Source: an uncultured Elusimicrobia bacterium (lineage in GTDB: Bacteria > Elusimicrobiota > Elusimicrobia > Elusimicrobiales > UBA9959). Taken from it: 64,000 nucleotides of DNA. Numbering within the stretch: position 1 is the first letter of the stretch; each line of letters opens with the position of its first letter. Below the pieces are notes generated by a model. It saw only the letters and a program-made list of their open reading frames with translations. It ran no database searches and was not told the origin of the DNA. The stretch lies in contig CAIRNJ010000026.1 of NCBI GenBank assembly GCA_903879915.1, positions 21,433 through 85,432 on the forward strand, written 5' to 3'. A program made the translations under genes and the position numbers. Shown here one piece after another: positions 7,462-20,550 of this stretch.

Positions 7462-8874
7462 TTAAAACCAGCGGGAGGCTTCGGCGGCGAGGGCCAGCAG
7501 GGGCCGCGCGAAGACGCCCGTGAGCATAACGCCCGCCGCCATCAGGAACACCACGGCTTCCACGGCGCCGGGCGCCGGGTAAGCCTGCGCGGCCGCGGGC
7601 GGCTTCATGTACATCGCCACCGTCACCTTCAGGTAGTAGTACATGGACACCGCGCTCATCAGCACGGCCACCACCACCAGGCCGGTATAGCCGGAATTCA
7701 CCGCCGCGGAAAAAGCGAAGAACTTGGCGAAGAACCCGGCCAGCGGCGGTACGCCCGCCAGCGAGAACATGAAAGCGGCCATGGCCGCGGCCAGCCAGGG
7801 GCGCGTTCTGGCCAGCCCGGCCAGGTCCTCTATAGCCGGGCCTTTTTCCCCTTTCTCCAGCGCCAGCACCACCGCGAAAGCCCCTATGGTGGCCATGGCG
7901 TAGACGGGCAGGTAGTACAGCACCGCTTCGAAGCCCCGCTGCCCGCCGAAGAACGCCACGGTGAGATAGCCGGCGTGGGCGATGCTGGAATAAGCCAGCA
8001 GGCGCTTCAGGCCGGTCTGGGCCAGCGCCATGAGGTTCGCCGCCACCGCCGTAACGGCGGCCAGCCACCAGAAAATTTCGCGCACGGGGCCGAACTCGAA
8101 GATGCGGAACAGCCGCCACAGCACGATGACGCCGCCGGCCTTTACCGCCGCGCCCATGAAAGCCGAGATCTGCGTCGGGGCCCCTTCGTAGGCGTCGGGC
8201 ACCCACATATGGAACGGGACCAGCGCCGTTTTGAAAGCGAACCCGGCGATGACCAGCACGAAGCCGGCCAGCGCCAGCGTGTCCGGCGCGCCGGCCTGCA
8301 TCAGCGCGGCGAAAGCCAGGTCCGGGTAAACGGCGTTGAGCAGCGCTATGCCCAGTACCGTCAGCGCCGAGCCGAAAGCCCCGAGCATGAAATATTTGTA
8401 GGCCGCCTCCAGCCCGGGTTTGGAGCGCCTGATGCCGGCCAGCGCGTACAGCGGCAGGCTGAGCAGCTCCAGCGCGATGAAAGCGGTGAAGAGGTCGCCC
8501 GCCGCTATCAGCGCGGCCAGGCCCAGCGTGGCCATGAACAGCAGGAAATAATATTCCCCCCCGCTGTCCTCCTCCGCCGGCGGCCGCGCCAGCGAAAGCA
8601 GGATGACGGCCGCCAGCACGGCGAAGGCGAAGGCCCACAGATAGGCCGAAGCCGGCGTAAGGAGCAGCGCCCCGTTGAAGCAGGAGATCTCTACCAGGGG
8701 CGCCCGCCGCAGGAAGGCCAGCACTATCAGCACGGCGCTCAGCGCTATCGCGCCCTGCGTGCCCCGCAGCGCGCGGAAGAACAGCGGCGCCAGCAGGCAG
8801 GCGAAGGCCGCCAGCAGCAGCAGCAGGGGCCCGGACAGGGCGTTGGCGGCGTACGCGAACGGTTCACTGTTCAT
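7462..8874 (-). CDS. nuoN: NADH-quinone oxidoreductase subunit N
   Basis: 470-aa polytopic antiporter-like subunit and last gene of the nuo array. Contains the FIALELLSLPLY and LAYSSIAHAGY motifs. Confidence 0.9.
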   Translation of the reverse strand: MNSEPFAYAANALSGPLLLLLAAFACLLAPLFFRALRGTQGAIALSAVLIVLAFLRRAPLVEISCFNGALLLTPASAYLWAFAFAVLAAVILLSLARPPAEEDSGGEYYFLLFMATLGLAALIAAGDLFTAFIALELLSLPLYALAGIRRSKPGLEAAYKYFMLGAFGSALTVLGIALLNAVYPDLAFAALMQAGAPDTLALAGFVLVIAGFAFKTALVPFHMWVPDAYEGAPTQISAFMGAAVKAGGVIVLWRLFRIFEFGPVREIFWWLAAVTAVAANLMALAQTGLKRLLAYSSIAHAGYLTVAFFGGQRGFEAVLYYLPVYAMATIGAFAVVLALEKGEKGPAIEDLAGLARTRPWLAAAMAAFMFSLAGVPPLAGFFAKFFAFSAAVNSGYTGLVVVAVLMSAVSMYYYLKVTVAMYMKPPAAAQAYPAPGAVEAVVFLMAAGVMLTGVFARPLLALAAEASRWF

Positions 8875-10389
8875 TTTTCAGCTCCAGCGCGGGCGCCGCG
8901 GGCTGCGGGCGGGCCAGGACGATATAATTATTTACGGCCGGGGCCAGCCTTTTCAGGAACGGGGCGGGCCAGACGCCGATAAGCACCATGAACAGCACCA
9001 GCGGCAGCAGGTAAAGCCATTCGCGCGCGCTGAGGTCGGGCAGCAGCCTGTTCTCCTCGTGGCGCAGCGGGCCGAACACTACCTGCTGGTACATGCCCAG
9101 CATATACACCGCCGACAGCACCACGCCGGCCACGGCCGCGCCGGCCAGCCACGGATAGACCCTGAAGGAGCCGAAAAGTATCAGCGCCTCGCCCACGAAG
9201 CCGTTGAGCCCCGGCAGCCCGATGGACGCGAGGGTGACCAGCATGAACACCGCCGAGAAGCCGGGCATCACTTTCGCGAGGCCCCCGTAATCGTCCATCA
9301 TGCGGGTATGGCGGCGCTCGTACAGCACGCCCACCAGCAGGAACAGCGCGCCGGTGGACAGCCCGTGATTGACCATCTGCAGCACCGCGCCGGCCGCGGC
9401 GGCGGGTTCGAAGACCATGATGCCCAGCACTACCAGGCCCAGGTGCGCCACCGAGGAATAAGCCACCATTTTCTTGATATCTTTCTGGCTCCAGGCCACC
9501 AGCGAAGCGTAGACCACGCCGAACACCCCGAGCCCCGCCAGCCAGGGCGCGAAAGCGGCCGCGGCCGCCGGGAACAGGGGCACCGCCAGGCGCAGGTAGC
9601 CGTAGACCCCCATCTTAAGCAGCACGCCGGCCAGCAGCACGCTGCCCGCCGTAGGGGCTTCCACGTGCGCGTCGGGCAGCCAGGTGTGGAAAGGGAACAG
9701 CGGCACTTTTACCGCGAAGGCCAGCGCGAAGGCCGCGAACAGCCAGAACTGGGTATCCGGCGTGATGGCCCCGGCGTACAGCGCCGGCATGAAGAAGGTC
9801 CAGGCGCCGGTCTGGGCGTGGTGGGCGGCGGCCACCCACAGGATGGCCGCCAGCATCAGCACCGAGCCGGCCATGGTGTAGATGAAGAACTTCAGCGCCG
9901 CGTAAACGCGCCGCGGGCCGCCCCAGACGCCGATAAGGAAATACATCGGTATCAGCATGCCTTCCCAGAAAACGTAGAACAGGAACAGGTCCAGCGCGGC
10001 GAAAACGCCTATCATGGACGCTTCCAGCAAAAGCAGGCAGATGTAATACGCGCGCTGCGCTTCCTTTATGCAGCTGAACGAGGCCAGCACCGCCGCCGGC
10101 ATCAGCAGCGCGGTGAGCATTATCAGCAGCAGGCTTATGCCGTCGATGCCGAGCGCGTAGTTTATGCCGTAGGCCGGCAGCCAGGGCAGGTCGAGCCGGA
10201 ACTGCATGCCGGCGCCGGCGGCGTCGAAGCCGGCGTACAGCTTCAGCGAGACCAGCAGCGTGAGCAGCGTAGCGCCCAGCGTGAAGCCTTTCAGCGCTGC
10301 CTCGTTGTCCCTGGGCACGGCCAGCAGCAGCAGGCCGGCCGCGGCGGGCAGCAGCACGAGCAGGGAAAGCGGGTTGGTAAGCAGTTCCA

Positions 10390-10390
<1 letters not shown>
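8864..10390 (-). CDS. nuoM: NADH-quinone oxidoreductase subunit M
   Basis: 508-aa antiporter-like subunit with FYVFWEGMLIPMY, PLFPFHTWLPDAHVEAPTAGS and AYSSVAHLG. It overlaps nuoN by 11 nt. Confidence 0.9.
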
Positions 10391-12279
<1,889 letters not shown>

Positions 12280-12280
12280 G

Positions 12281-12571
12281 TCAGCCTTTCAATTCCTTTA
12301 TGTTCTCCGCTTCCAGCGTTCTGAAAGTTGAAGCCAGGGCGATGATCAGCGCCAGCCCCACGCCGGCCTCGGCCGCTGCCACGGCGAAAAGCATCAGCGC
12401 GTAGGCCTGCGAAGCGGGCTGCGGCCCCAGCGCCACCATGGCGATATTTGCCGCGTTGAGCATAAGCTCCAGGAACATCAGCATGCGCACCAGGCTCCCG
12501 CAGGTAAGGAAGCCCGCTGCCGCCAGCGCGAAAAGGAGAAAACTTATGGCCGCCAGGGGATAAGCGTTCAC
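12281..12571 (-). CDS. nuoK: NADH-quinone oxidoreductase subunit K
   Basis: 96 codons from GTG 12571 (VNAYPLAAISF..LELMLNAANI..AAAEAGVGLALI). The rest of ORF 12281..12952 is read-through across nuoJ. Confidence 0.8.
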   Translation of the reverse strand: MNAYPLAAISFLLFALAAAGFLTCGSLVRMLMFLELMLNAANIAMVALGPQPASQAYALMLFAVAAAEAGVGLALIIALASTFRTLEAENIKELKG

Positions 12572-13068
12572 GGATTGGTCCTCCGCTTCAGGGCCAGCGC
12601 GGCCGCCGCCACGATGGAGGCCAGGATCACCAGGCCCAGCAGTTCGAACTGGAAGAAGAAGCGCCCGAACAGCTGCTTCGCTATGCCCAGCGTGCCGGTT
12701 TCGGTGAAGCCTGCGCCCAGGGCGACCAGCTTCAGCCCGGCCGAAACTTTCATCAGCTCGATAAGGATAACGGCGGCCGCCGCCAGCCCCAGCACCCTGG
12801 AGATCCGGCCCGGCGCCGGGCGGTCCCGCCAGGCCTGCGGCGTGACGGTAACGGCCACTATAAAAAGCGTCATGATAGCGCCGGCGTAAACTATCACCTG
12901 CAGCGCGGCCAGCAGCTGGGCGCTGAGCGCCAGGTAGATGCCCGCCGTGCACAGCAGGGCGGCCAGCATCAGCATGGCCGCCTTCACCGGGTTGCGCTGG
13001 AAGAGCATCAGCAGGGTGGCCAGCGCGGCGCCGGCGCCCAGAATATAGATAGCCGCCGTCAGTATCAT
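12568..13068 (-). CDS. nuoJ: NADH-quinone oxidoreductase subunit J
   Basis: 166 codons from ATG 13068 (MILTAAIYILGAG..VYAGAIMTLF). 4-nt overlaps with nuoI and nuoK. Confidence 0.8.
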   Translation of the reverse strand: MILTAAIYILGAGAALATLLMLFQRNPVKAAMLMLAALLCTAGIYLALSAQLLAALQVIVYAGAIMTLFIVAVTVTPQAWRDRPAPGRISRVLGLAAAAVILIELMKVSAGLKLVALGAGFTETGTLGIAKQLFGRFFFQFELLGLVILASIVAAAALALKRRTNP

Positions 13069-13619
13069 TCTTTTCCCCTTAAATATTCGTTGGCCAGCCT
13101 GTTGGCCGCGCCGACGAGCGAAGGCTCGCCCGGCAGGTTGCGCAGCAGGTTTTCCTTGGTCATCAGCAGCTCTTCGCGCACCACCGCGCCGCCGGGTATT
13201 TCGCCGGTGTCCATGGCTATGGCGTCTTCGGGGCAGGCCTCCACGCACATGCCGCACATCACGCAGCGCGCCAGGTCGATGTTAAAAACGGCCGGGTATT
13301 TCTCCACCAGATTCTCAGGGTGTTCCGCGGCCTCTATATGGATGCACAGCGCGGGGCAGGCGGTCTGGCACAGGAAGCAGGCCACGCATTTGGGCGCGCC
13401 GTCCGCGCGCATTTTCAGGCGGTGGCGGGTGCGCAGGCGGGCGTTGCCGGGCAGCGGTATGGGCTGCTCGGGGTACTGGATGGTGGGCAGGCCCTTCGGG
13501 TTAACGAGGTTGACGAAGAAATGGCGCATGGTCACCAGCAGGCCGCGGGCTATTTCCCAGACGTAGATCCGCTCGAGCAGGTTCAGCGGGCGGTTATTTA
13601 CTTTCTTAACGCTGATCAT
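13065..13619 (-). CDS. nuoI: NADH-quinone oxidoreductase subunit I (2x[4Fe-4S])
   Basis: 184 codons from ATG 13619. Two ferredoxin motifs: CVACFLCQTACP and CVMCGMCVEACP. Confidence 0.9.
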   Translation of the reverse strand: MISVKKVNNRPLNLLERIYVWEIARGLLVTMRHFFVNLVNPKGLPTIQYPEQPIPLPGNARLRTRHRLKMRADGAPKCVACFLCQTACPALCIHIEAAEHPENLVEKYPAVFNIDLARCVMCGMCVEACPEDAIAMDTGEIPGGAVVREELLMTKENLLRNLPGEPSLVGAANRLANEYLRGKE

Positions 13620-14734
13620 AGTTTGCCTAAAGCCAGCAGTACCGCGCCGGTAACTAAAATGTTCAGCAGGGCCAGCGGCAGCACGGTTTTCCAGCACAGC
13701 TTCATCAGCTGGTCGAAGCGGAAGCGCGGCAGCGTCCAGCGCACCACCAGCAGGAACCAGCAGAAGAACACCGTCTTGGCCGCGAAAGCGCCCGTCTGCA
13801 GTACCGCGACGAGATAATGGTTCAGCGGCATTGAGCCGCCGCCGGGGAACGCGAAGCCGGCGTCGTAAAGGTAAGGCACCTGCCAGCCGCCGAAGAACAG
13901 CGTGGCCGCCAGCATTGCCACCAGCACTATCTCCGCGAATTCGGCGAACATGAAGGCGGCGAAGCGCATGGAGCTGTATTCCATGAAATAGCCGATGATC
14001 TCCGATTCCCCCTCCACCAGGTCGAAGGGGCCGCGCTTGTTCTCGGCGATGGCGGCGGTGAGGAAGAGCACGAAGGCGAAGGGCTGGCACACCACGCCCC
14101 AGGCGGGCACGCATCCGAAAAGGAGCTTTCCCTGCGCGCGCACCAGCTGCTGCAGGTCGGCCGTGCCGTAGATCATCAGCAGCCCGACGAGCGTGAGCCC
14201 CAGCACCACCTCGTAGGAGATCATCTGCGCCGCGCCGCGCAGCGCCCCCAGCAGCGAGAAATTGTTCTTGGAAGCCCAGCCGGCCAGGAAAGTGCCGTAA
14301 ATGGCCAGCCCCGACAAGGCCAGCACGAAGAACAGCCCCAGCGGCAGGTCCGCTATCAGCAAATCCACCCTGTAGCCGTACACCAGCACGTAGTCGCCGA
14401 ACGGGATCACCGCGAACAGCGCCAGCACCGGCACCAGCGCGAAGAGCGGCGCCAGCGTGAACAGCAGCTTCTCGGCGCGGCCCGGCACGAAATCTTCCTT
14501 GAAGATCATTTTTATGGCGTCGGCCACCGGGTGGAAAAGCCCGCCGAGCGTCAGGCCGCACACCGCGGCGCGGTTGGGGCCTATCCTGTCCTGCATCAGC
14601 GCGCTCACTTTGCGCTCGGCCAGGGTCATAAGGCCGGTGAAGCCCATGACGGCGCCCAGGAAAAAAAGCAGCTTCGCCGCGGCCGCGCCGGCGAAGAGCA
14701 GTACGTCCCTGTTCTCGTAAAAGAAGTCCGTCAT
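13616..14734 (-). CDS. nuoH: NADH-quinone oxidoreductase subunit H
   Basis: 372 codons from ATG 14734 with LAERKVSALMQDRIGPNR and AENKRGPFDLVEGESE motifs. ATGA overlap with nuoG. Confidence 0.9.
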   Translation of the reverse strand: MTDFFYENRDVLLFAGAAAAKLLFFLGAVMGFTGLMTLAERKVSALMQDRIGPNRAAVCGLTLGGLFHPVADAIKMIFKEDFVPGRAEKLLFTLAPLFALVPVLALFAVIPFGDYVLVYGYRVDLLIADLPLGLFFVLALSGLAIYGTFLAGWASKNNFSLLGALRGAAQMISYEVVLGLTLVGLLMIYGTADLQQLVRAQGKLLFGCVPAWGVVCQPFAFVLFLTAAIAENKRGPFDLVEGESEIIGYFMEYSSMRFAAFMFAEFAEIVLVAMLAATLFFGGWQVPYLYDAGFAFPGGGSMPLNHYLVAVLQTGAFAAKTVFFCWFLLVVRWTLPRFRFDQLMKLCWKTVLPLALLNILVTGAVLLALGKL

Positions 14735-16206
14735 CAGAAATCCATGTCCTTCAGCGCCCGGGGCGCGGAATCCAGGTGCAGTTCGGCGCCGCTGTAGGAG
14801 GCCAGCTTGTTGACCACGGCCCACAGCGGCTTTATTCCCTGCGGCGGCTCCACGGCGGCCGCGGTCATGCGGCGCAGGCCCTGGTAATTCACGAAGGTCC
14901 CCTCGGTCTCGAAATACGACGCGTACGGCAGCACCGCGTAGGCGGCGGCCGGGGCTTCGCCGCGGTTCCGGGCGAAGATAATAAGGCGTATGCCGGCGGC
15001 CTCGGCGGCGGCCTTTACCAGGCCGTACGCTTTGGCCTCGGTTATCAGTATCTTTATTTTCCCGCCTGCCAGCAGCCCGGTGAATTCTTCCAGCGAAAGT
15101 CCGCCGTACAGGGCTTTTACGGTCCTGGTCCCCGCGGTATTGGGCGCCGGGTCCTTGTTTACCAGTATCCCGTCCTTTATCCCCTGCTCGGCGCTGAAAT
15201 CGAAACAGTAATTCGCCGTTTTGACGGAGTCTTTGGCCAGGCGGGCCAGGGCCGCGTTGTCCTCCACCGACAGCCAGGGCGAGCCCAGCACGGCGGCCGC
15301 ACCTTTCGCCTCTTCCAGGCGGGTGGCCGTTTCGCGCAGCGCGGGCTCAAGATCTATGAGGCCTTTGCGGATCAGCGCTTTGCCCAGCCTGTCGCCGGCC
15401 CGCACGGCTTTGTAGGTCATGCGGCCGTGGTCGCACAGCCAGGTGTTGGTCTCGGCGTTGGGGTGCGGAACCAGGCGGTAAATGGTACCTTCGTAATGAT
15501 GCGCTTCTATCTCGCAGCCGGTGGCGCAGCCCAGGCAGATGGTCGGCGTTCTTTTCAGGAACCAGGCGCGCGCCTTGAAGCGGAAATCGCGCGAGGTGAA
15601 CGCGCCCACCGGGCAGAGGTCGGCGATATTGAGCGAATAGCCGTTATCCAGCGCCCTGCCTTCCTTGAGGTCTATAAAGGAACGGTCGCCGCGCTCCATC
15701 ACTTCCAGCTCTGCGGTTTTCGTCACTTCGCCGCAGAAGCGCACGCAGCGCGTGCAGAGTATGCAGCGCTCGTTGTCCAGCATCAGGTACGGGCCCGCGG
15801 CCCGCCGCTTCTGGCGCAGGATCTTATCTTCCGCCTCAAAGCGGCTTTTCCGCAGGCTGTAGTCCATGTAATAGTCCTGCAGCCCGCATTCCCCCGCCTG
15901 GTCGCAGATGGGGCAGTCCAGCGGATGGTTGATCAGCAGGTATTCCAGCACGTCGCGGCGGGCCTGGCGCACTTTTTCGCTGGCCGTCAGCACGCGCATC
16001 CCTTCCGCGGCTTCAGTGGAGCAGGCCGTTACCAGCTTGGGCGCCTTTTCCACTTCCACCAGGCACATGCGGCAGCTGCCGGAGACGGAAAGCTTGGGGT
16101 GGTAGCAGTAGCGCGGGATATAGATCCCCAGGCGCTGCGCGGCTTCCAGCAGGGTGGTCCCCGCCGGTACTTCCACGCTCCTGCCGTCTATGGTTAAATT
16201 GGGCAT
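14734..16206 (-). CDS. nuoG: NADH-quinone oxidoreductase subunit G (short, 490 aa)
   Basis: N-terminal 2Fe-2S (CYHPKLSVSGSCRMCLV), HPLDCPICDQAGEC, CILCTRCVRFC, and an N7-like CLGCATGC..C motif. The molybdopterin-like C-terminal region is much shorter than in 780-900-aa homologues. Confidence 0.85.
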   Translation of the reverse strand: MPNLTIDGRSVEVPAGTTLLEAAQRLGIYIPRYCYHPKLSVSGSCRMCLVEVEKAPKLVTACSTEAAEGMRVLTASEKVRQARRDVLEYLLINHPLDCPICDQAGECGLQDYYMDYSLRKSRFEAEDKILRQKRRAAGPYLMLDNERCILCTRCVRFCGEVTKTAELEVMERGDRSFIDLKEGRALDNGYSLNIADLCPVGAFTSRDFRFKARAWFLKRTPTICLGCATGCEIEAHHYEGTIYRLVPHPNAETNTWLCDHGRMTYKAVRAGDRLGKALIRKGLIDLEPALRETATRLEEAKGAAAVLGSPWLSVEDNAALARLAKDSVKTANYCFDFSAEQGIKDGILVNKDPAPNTAGTRTVKALYGGLSLEEFTGLLAGGKIKILITEAKAYGLVKAAAEAAGIRLIIFARNRGEAPAAAYAVLPYASYFETEGTFVNYQGLRRMTAAAVEPPQGIKPLWAVVNKLASYSGAELHLDSAPRALKDMDF

Positions 16207-17451
16207 TCAGTTACCGCATACCTTTCCCGCGGCGTGCGCTTCGAATTCGCCGCGGAATTTCTTTATGAAGCTCATCGCCGGCATGGCCATGGCGTCGGCC
16301 AGCGCGCAGATGGTGCGGCCCGTCATGCCCTCGGCCACCGAATAAAGCAGGTCTATGTCCCCGGCCGAGCCGCCGCCCGCTTCAAGGCGGTCCAGCACCT
16401 TCTCCAGCCAGCCGCAGCCTTCCCGGCAGGGCGTGCACTGGCCGCAGGATTCGTGGTGGTAGAAACGCGCCAGCACCTGCAGGAGCTTCACCATGCACTG
16501 GCCGTCGTCTATGACTATCACTCCGCCCGAGCCCAGCATCGAGCCCGCGGCCGCCAGGGCTTCGTAGTCCAGGTTCACGGCCAGGGCCTCTTCGGCGGTA
16601 AGCACCGGCACGGACGAGCCGCCCGGTATCACGGCTTTGAGCTTTTTCCCGTCCTTCATGCCGCCGCAGTGGACCTCCAGCAGTTCGCGCAGCGGCGTGC
16701 CCAGCGGCAGTTCGTAAACCCCCGGCCTGTTCACCGGGCCGCTGACGCAGAAAAGTTTCGTGCCGCCGCTTTTGCCCGTGCCCAGCGCGGCGTACCAGGC
16801 GCCGCCGTTCTCTATTATCGAGGGCACCGCGGCCAGGGTCTCGACATTGTTTATTACCGTGGGGCTGCCGAACAGGCCTTTCAGCGCCGGGAAAGGCGGC
16901 TTCAGGCGCGGCTGCCCCTTGAACCCCTCCAGCGATTCCAGCAGCGCCGTTTCCTCGCCGCAGATATAGGCGCCCGCCCCGCGGTGGGTGAACAGCTCGA
17001 AATCGAAGCCCGAGCCCAGGACGTTCCTGCCTATGAAACCTTTCGCGCGCGCGTCGGCTATGGCCTTGTTCATCAGCGCGGTTTCCGCCGCGAATTCGCC
17101 GCGGATGTAAATATAGCCGTGCGCCGCCCCGATGGCATAGGCGGCTATGGCCATGCCCTCTATCAGGGCGTGCGGGTTCTTCAGCATCAGCTCGCGGTCC
17201 TTGAAAGTGCCGGGTTCGCCTTCGTCCGCGTTGCAGACCAGGTATTTCTGCCCCTGGCCGCCGGGCGGGATGAACGACCATTTCAGGCCCGCGGGAAAGC
17301 CGGCGCCGCCGCGGCCGCGCAGGTTGGATTTTTTTAGTTCCTCTATTATCTCCGCCGGCTTAAGGCCCAGCGCTTTTTTAAGCGCCTTGTAGCCGCCGCA
17401 GGCGAAATAGGCCTCGATGTCCGGCAAGTTCTTTAGAAGGATGGTTTCCAT
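16207..17451 (-). CDS. nuoF: NADH-quinone oxidoreductase subunit F (NADH/FMN-binding)
   Basis: 414 codons from ATG 17451 with [27 protein letters not shown] and [12 protein letters not shown] motifs. Confidence 0.92.
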   Translation of the reverse strand: METILLKNLPDIEAYFACGGYKALKKALGLKPAEIIEELKKSNLRGRGGAGFPAGLKWSFIPPGGQGQKYLVCNADEGEPGTFKDRELMLKNPHALIEGMAIAAYAIGAAHGYIYIRGEFAAETALMNKAIADARAKGFIGRNVLGSGFDFELFTHRGAGAYICGEETALLESLEGFKGQPRLKPPFPALKGLFGSPTVINNVETLAAVPSIIENGGAWYAALGTGKSGGTKLFCVSGPVNRPGVYELPLGTPLRELLEVHCGGMKDGKKLKAVIPGGSSVPVLTAEEALAVNLDYEALAAAGSMLGSGGVIVIDDGQCMVKLLQVLARFYHHESCGQCTPCREGCGWLEKVLDRLEAGGGSAGDIDLLYSVAEGMTGRTICALADAMAMPAMSFIKKFRGEFEAHAAGKVCGN

Positions 17452-17956
17452 TACTTTTCTTTCGCTCCGGTCAGCAGCCGGCCGTGCCGCATATCCTCCA
17501 GCAGCGCGTCGAGCTTTTCCAGGGTAAGGTTCTCGAAATAAGTTTCGTTCACCTGCATCACGGGGGCCGCGCCGCAGGCGCCCAGGCATTCCACCGAAGA
17601 AAGCGTGAACAGCCCGTCGGCGGTGGTCTCCCCCTCTCCAATGGCCAGCTTTTCGCGCAGCCGGGCCAGCAGGCCGGGCGCGCCCGCCATATGGCAGGAA
17701 ATATTGCGGCAGACCTGCAGGTGGTATTTGCCCGCGGGCGCGCGGTTGAACATGGTATAGAACGTTACCACGGCCTTCACCCGCGAATAAGGGAGCTCCA
17801 GGAACTTCGCGAGCTCGTCCATGGCCTCTTCCGCCACGTAGCCTTTTTCGCGCTGCACTTCGTGCAGCAGCGGGATCAGCGCGGCGTCCGCGCGCGGGTA
17901 CCTGGCGCGGATACGCGCCGCGGTCTCCCTGAATTCTTCGGTCAGTTTAAAAGGCA

Positions 17957-17957
<1 letters not shown>
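17451..17957 (-). CDS. nuoE: NADH-quinone oxidoreductase subunit E (2Fe-2S)
   Basis: 168 codons from ATG 17957. Contains [11 protein letters not shown] and [15 protein letters not shown]. Confidence 0.9.
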
Positions 17958-19177
<1,220 letters not shown>

Positions 19178-19187
19178 TTCTCGTGAA

Positions 19188-19661
19188 CTAATCCTTATGC
19201 AGCATCCGGGGCTGCCTTTTTTTGAGCGGGTAGTCCTTGCGCAGCGGGTGCCCCTCGAAGCCGTCGTACATCAGGATGCGGCGCAGGTCGGGGTGCCCGT
19301 TGAACTTTATGCCGAACATGTCGTACACTTCGCGCTCGAACCAGTTGGCCCCGGCCCACAGCGGGGTCAGCGAATCCACCGCCGCGTCGTGCGCCTCTAC
19401 GGGGCATTTAAGGCGCAGGCGGTAATTGTGCGTTGTGGAATAGAAATGGCAGACCAGCTCGAAGCGCGGCTCGCGCGGCAGGTAGTCCGCGGCGGTCAGG
19501 TCCATCAGCATATCGAAGCCGAGCTCCTGCTTGAGGAAAGCGGCGGCCTCCAGCAAAGCTTCTTTTTTTACGACCGCGGTCTCGTCGCCGCGGAACGCGT
19601 GCGTCTCCAGCACGGCCTCGGGGAACCTGTTCTTCAGCGTGTCCAGCAGGTAACTGGTCAT
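19188..19661 (-). CDS. nuoC: NADH-quinone oxidoreductase subunit C
   Basis: 157 codons from ATG 19661. Contains ANWFEREVYDMFGIKFNGHPDLRRIL. Confidence 0.88.
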   Translation of the reverse strand: MTSYLLDTLKNRFPEAVLETHAFRGDETAVVKKEALLEAAAFLKQELGFDMLMDLTAADYLPREPRFELVCHFYSTTHNYRLRLKCPVEAHDAAVDSLTPLWAGANWFEREVYDMFGIKFNGHPDLRRILMYDGFEGHPLRKDYPLKKRQPRMLHKD

Positions 19662-20143
19662 CGGTACTTCCTGTCCAGCACCGATTCCCGGCCTACTTTT
19701 TCCTGCAGCCTGATCAGGGCGTCCAGCACGGCTTCGGGGCGGGGCGGGCAGCCGGGGATGTAGATGTCCACCGGGATTATCTTGTCTATGCCCTGCACCG
19801 TGGCGTAATTGTCGTAGAAGCCGCCGGAAGTGGCGCACACGCCGAAGGAAACCACCCACTTCGGCTCGCACATCTGGTCGTAGACGCGCTTGAGCACCGG
19901 GGCCAGTTTCTCGTTGACGGTGCCCACCACGAACAGCACGTCGGCCTGGCGCGGCGAGAAGCGCGGGTATTCGGCGCCGAAGCGGGAGATGTCGTAGGTG
20001 GAGGCGAAAGTGGACATGTACTCCATGCCGCAGCAGGCGGTAACGAAAGGATACTGGAAGAACGAATATTTCCGCCCCCAGTTGACGGCCTCGTCGAGGC
20101 GGGTGGTAAGGAAGGAGTGGCCTAAAGCGGTCTCTAATCCCAT
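19658..20143 (-). CDS. nuoB: NADH-quinone oxidoreductase subunit B
   Basis: 161 aa with FVTACCGMEY, GVCATSGG and IPGCPPRPE (N2 cluster ligands). Confidence 0.92.
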   Translation of the reverse strand: MGLETALGHSFLTTRLDEAVNWGRKYSFFQYPFVTACCGMEYMSTFASTYDISRFGAEYPRFSPRQADVLFVVGTVNEKLAPVLKRVYDQMCEPKWVVSFGVCATSGGFYDNYATVQGIDKIIPVDIYIPGCPPRPEAVLDALIRLQEKVGRESVLDRKYR

Positions 20144-20487
20144 TCGAGGGCTCCTTTTTTAATGGCGTACAGCAGGCCGGCCGCCAGCATCGCCAGGAAG
20201 CCGCCCATGGCGTAGAACGCGCCCGGGCCCAGCTCGCGGAAAGATACCGCCCAGGGATAGAGGAAGGCTATCTCTATGTCGAACATCACGAAAAGCACGG
20301 CGGTAAAATAGAAATTGACCCTGGCCAGGCCGCGCGTTTCCATGGCGGGCGGCATGCCGCATTCGAAAGGTTCCTGCTTTACCGGGGTTTTCTTCTTCGG
20401 GCCGAAGAGCAGCGAGAGCAGCAGCATGGCCAGGGCGACGATAAGCCCGAACCCCGCTGTGAGCAGCACGCCTATATATTCCCGCAT
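20134..20487 (-). CDS. nuoA: NADH-quinone oxidoreductase subunit A
   Basis: ATG 20487 (MREYIGVLL..PFECGM..DIEIAFLYPWA) fits NuoA/Nqo7 N-termini. The TTG at 20502 given by the ORF track overlaps a TATAAT box. Confidence 0.85.
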   Translation of the reverse strand: MREYIGVLLTAGFGLIVALAMLLLSLLFGPKKKTPVKQEPFECGMPPAMETRGLARVNFYFTAVLFVMFDIEIAFLYPWAVSFRELGPGAFYAMGGFLAMLAAGLLYAIKKGALEWD

Positions 20488-20493
20488 GCGGTT

Positions 20494-20499
20494 ATTATA
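20494..20499 (-). promoter_or_regulatory. -10 box (TATAAT) 6 nt upstream of the nuoA ATG
   Basis: The minus strand reads TTTGTATAAT-AACCGC-ATG. There is no SD between the box and the ATG. Confidence 0.4.
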
Positions 20500-20514
20500 C
20501 AAAGATAATAATAT

Positions 20515-20538
20515 GGGCGGAGCGCTCCGGCGCCGCCC
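20515..20538 (-). terminator. GC-rich hairpin after the trmJ-like gene
   Basis: GGGCGG (20515-20520) / CCGCCC (20533-20538) flank the palindrome GGAGCGCTCC. On the minus strand it is followed by ATATTATTATCTTT. Confidence 0.35.
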
Positions 20539-20550
20539 CTTTATAACAGA

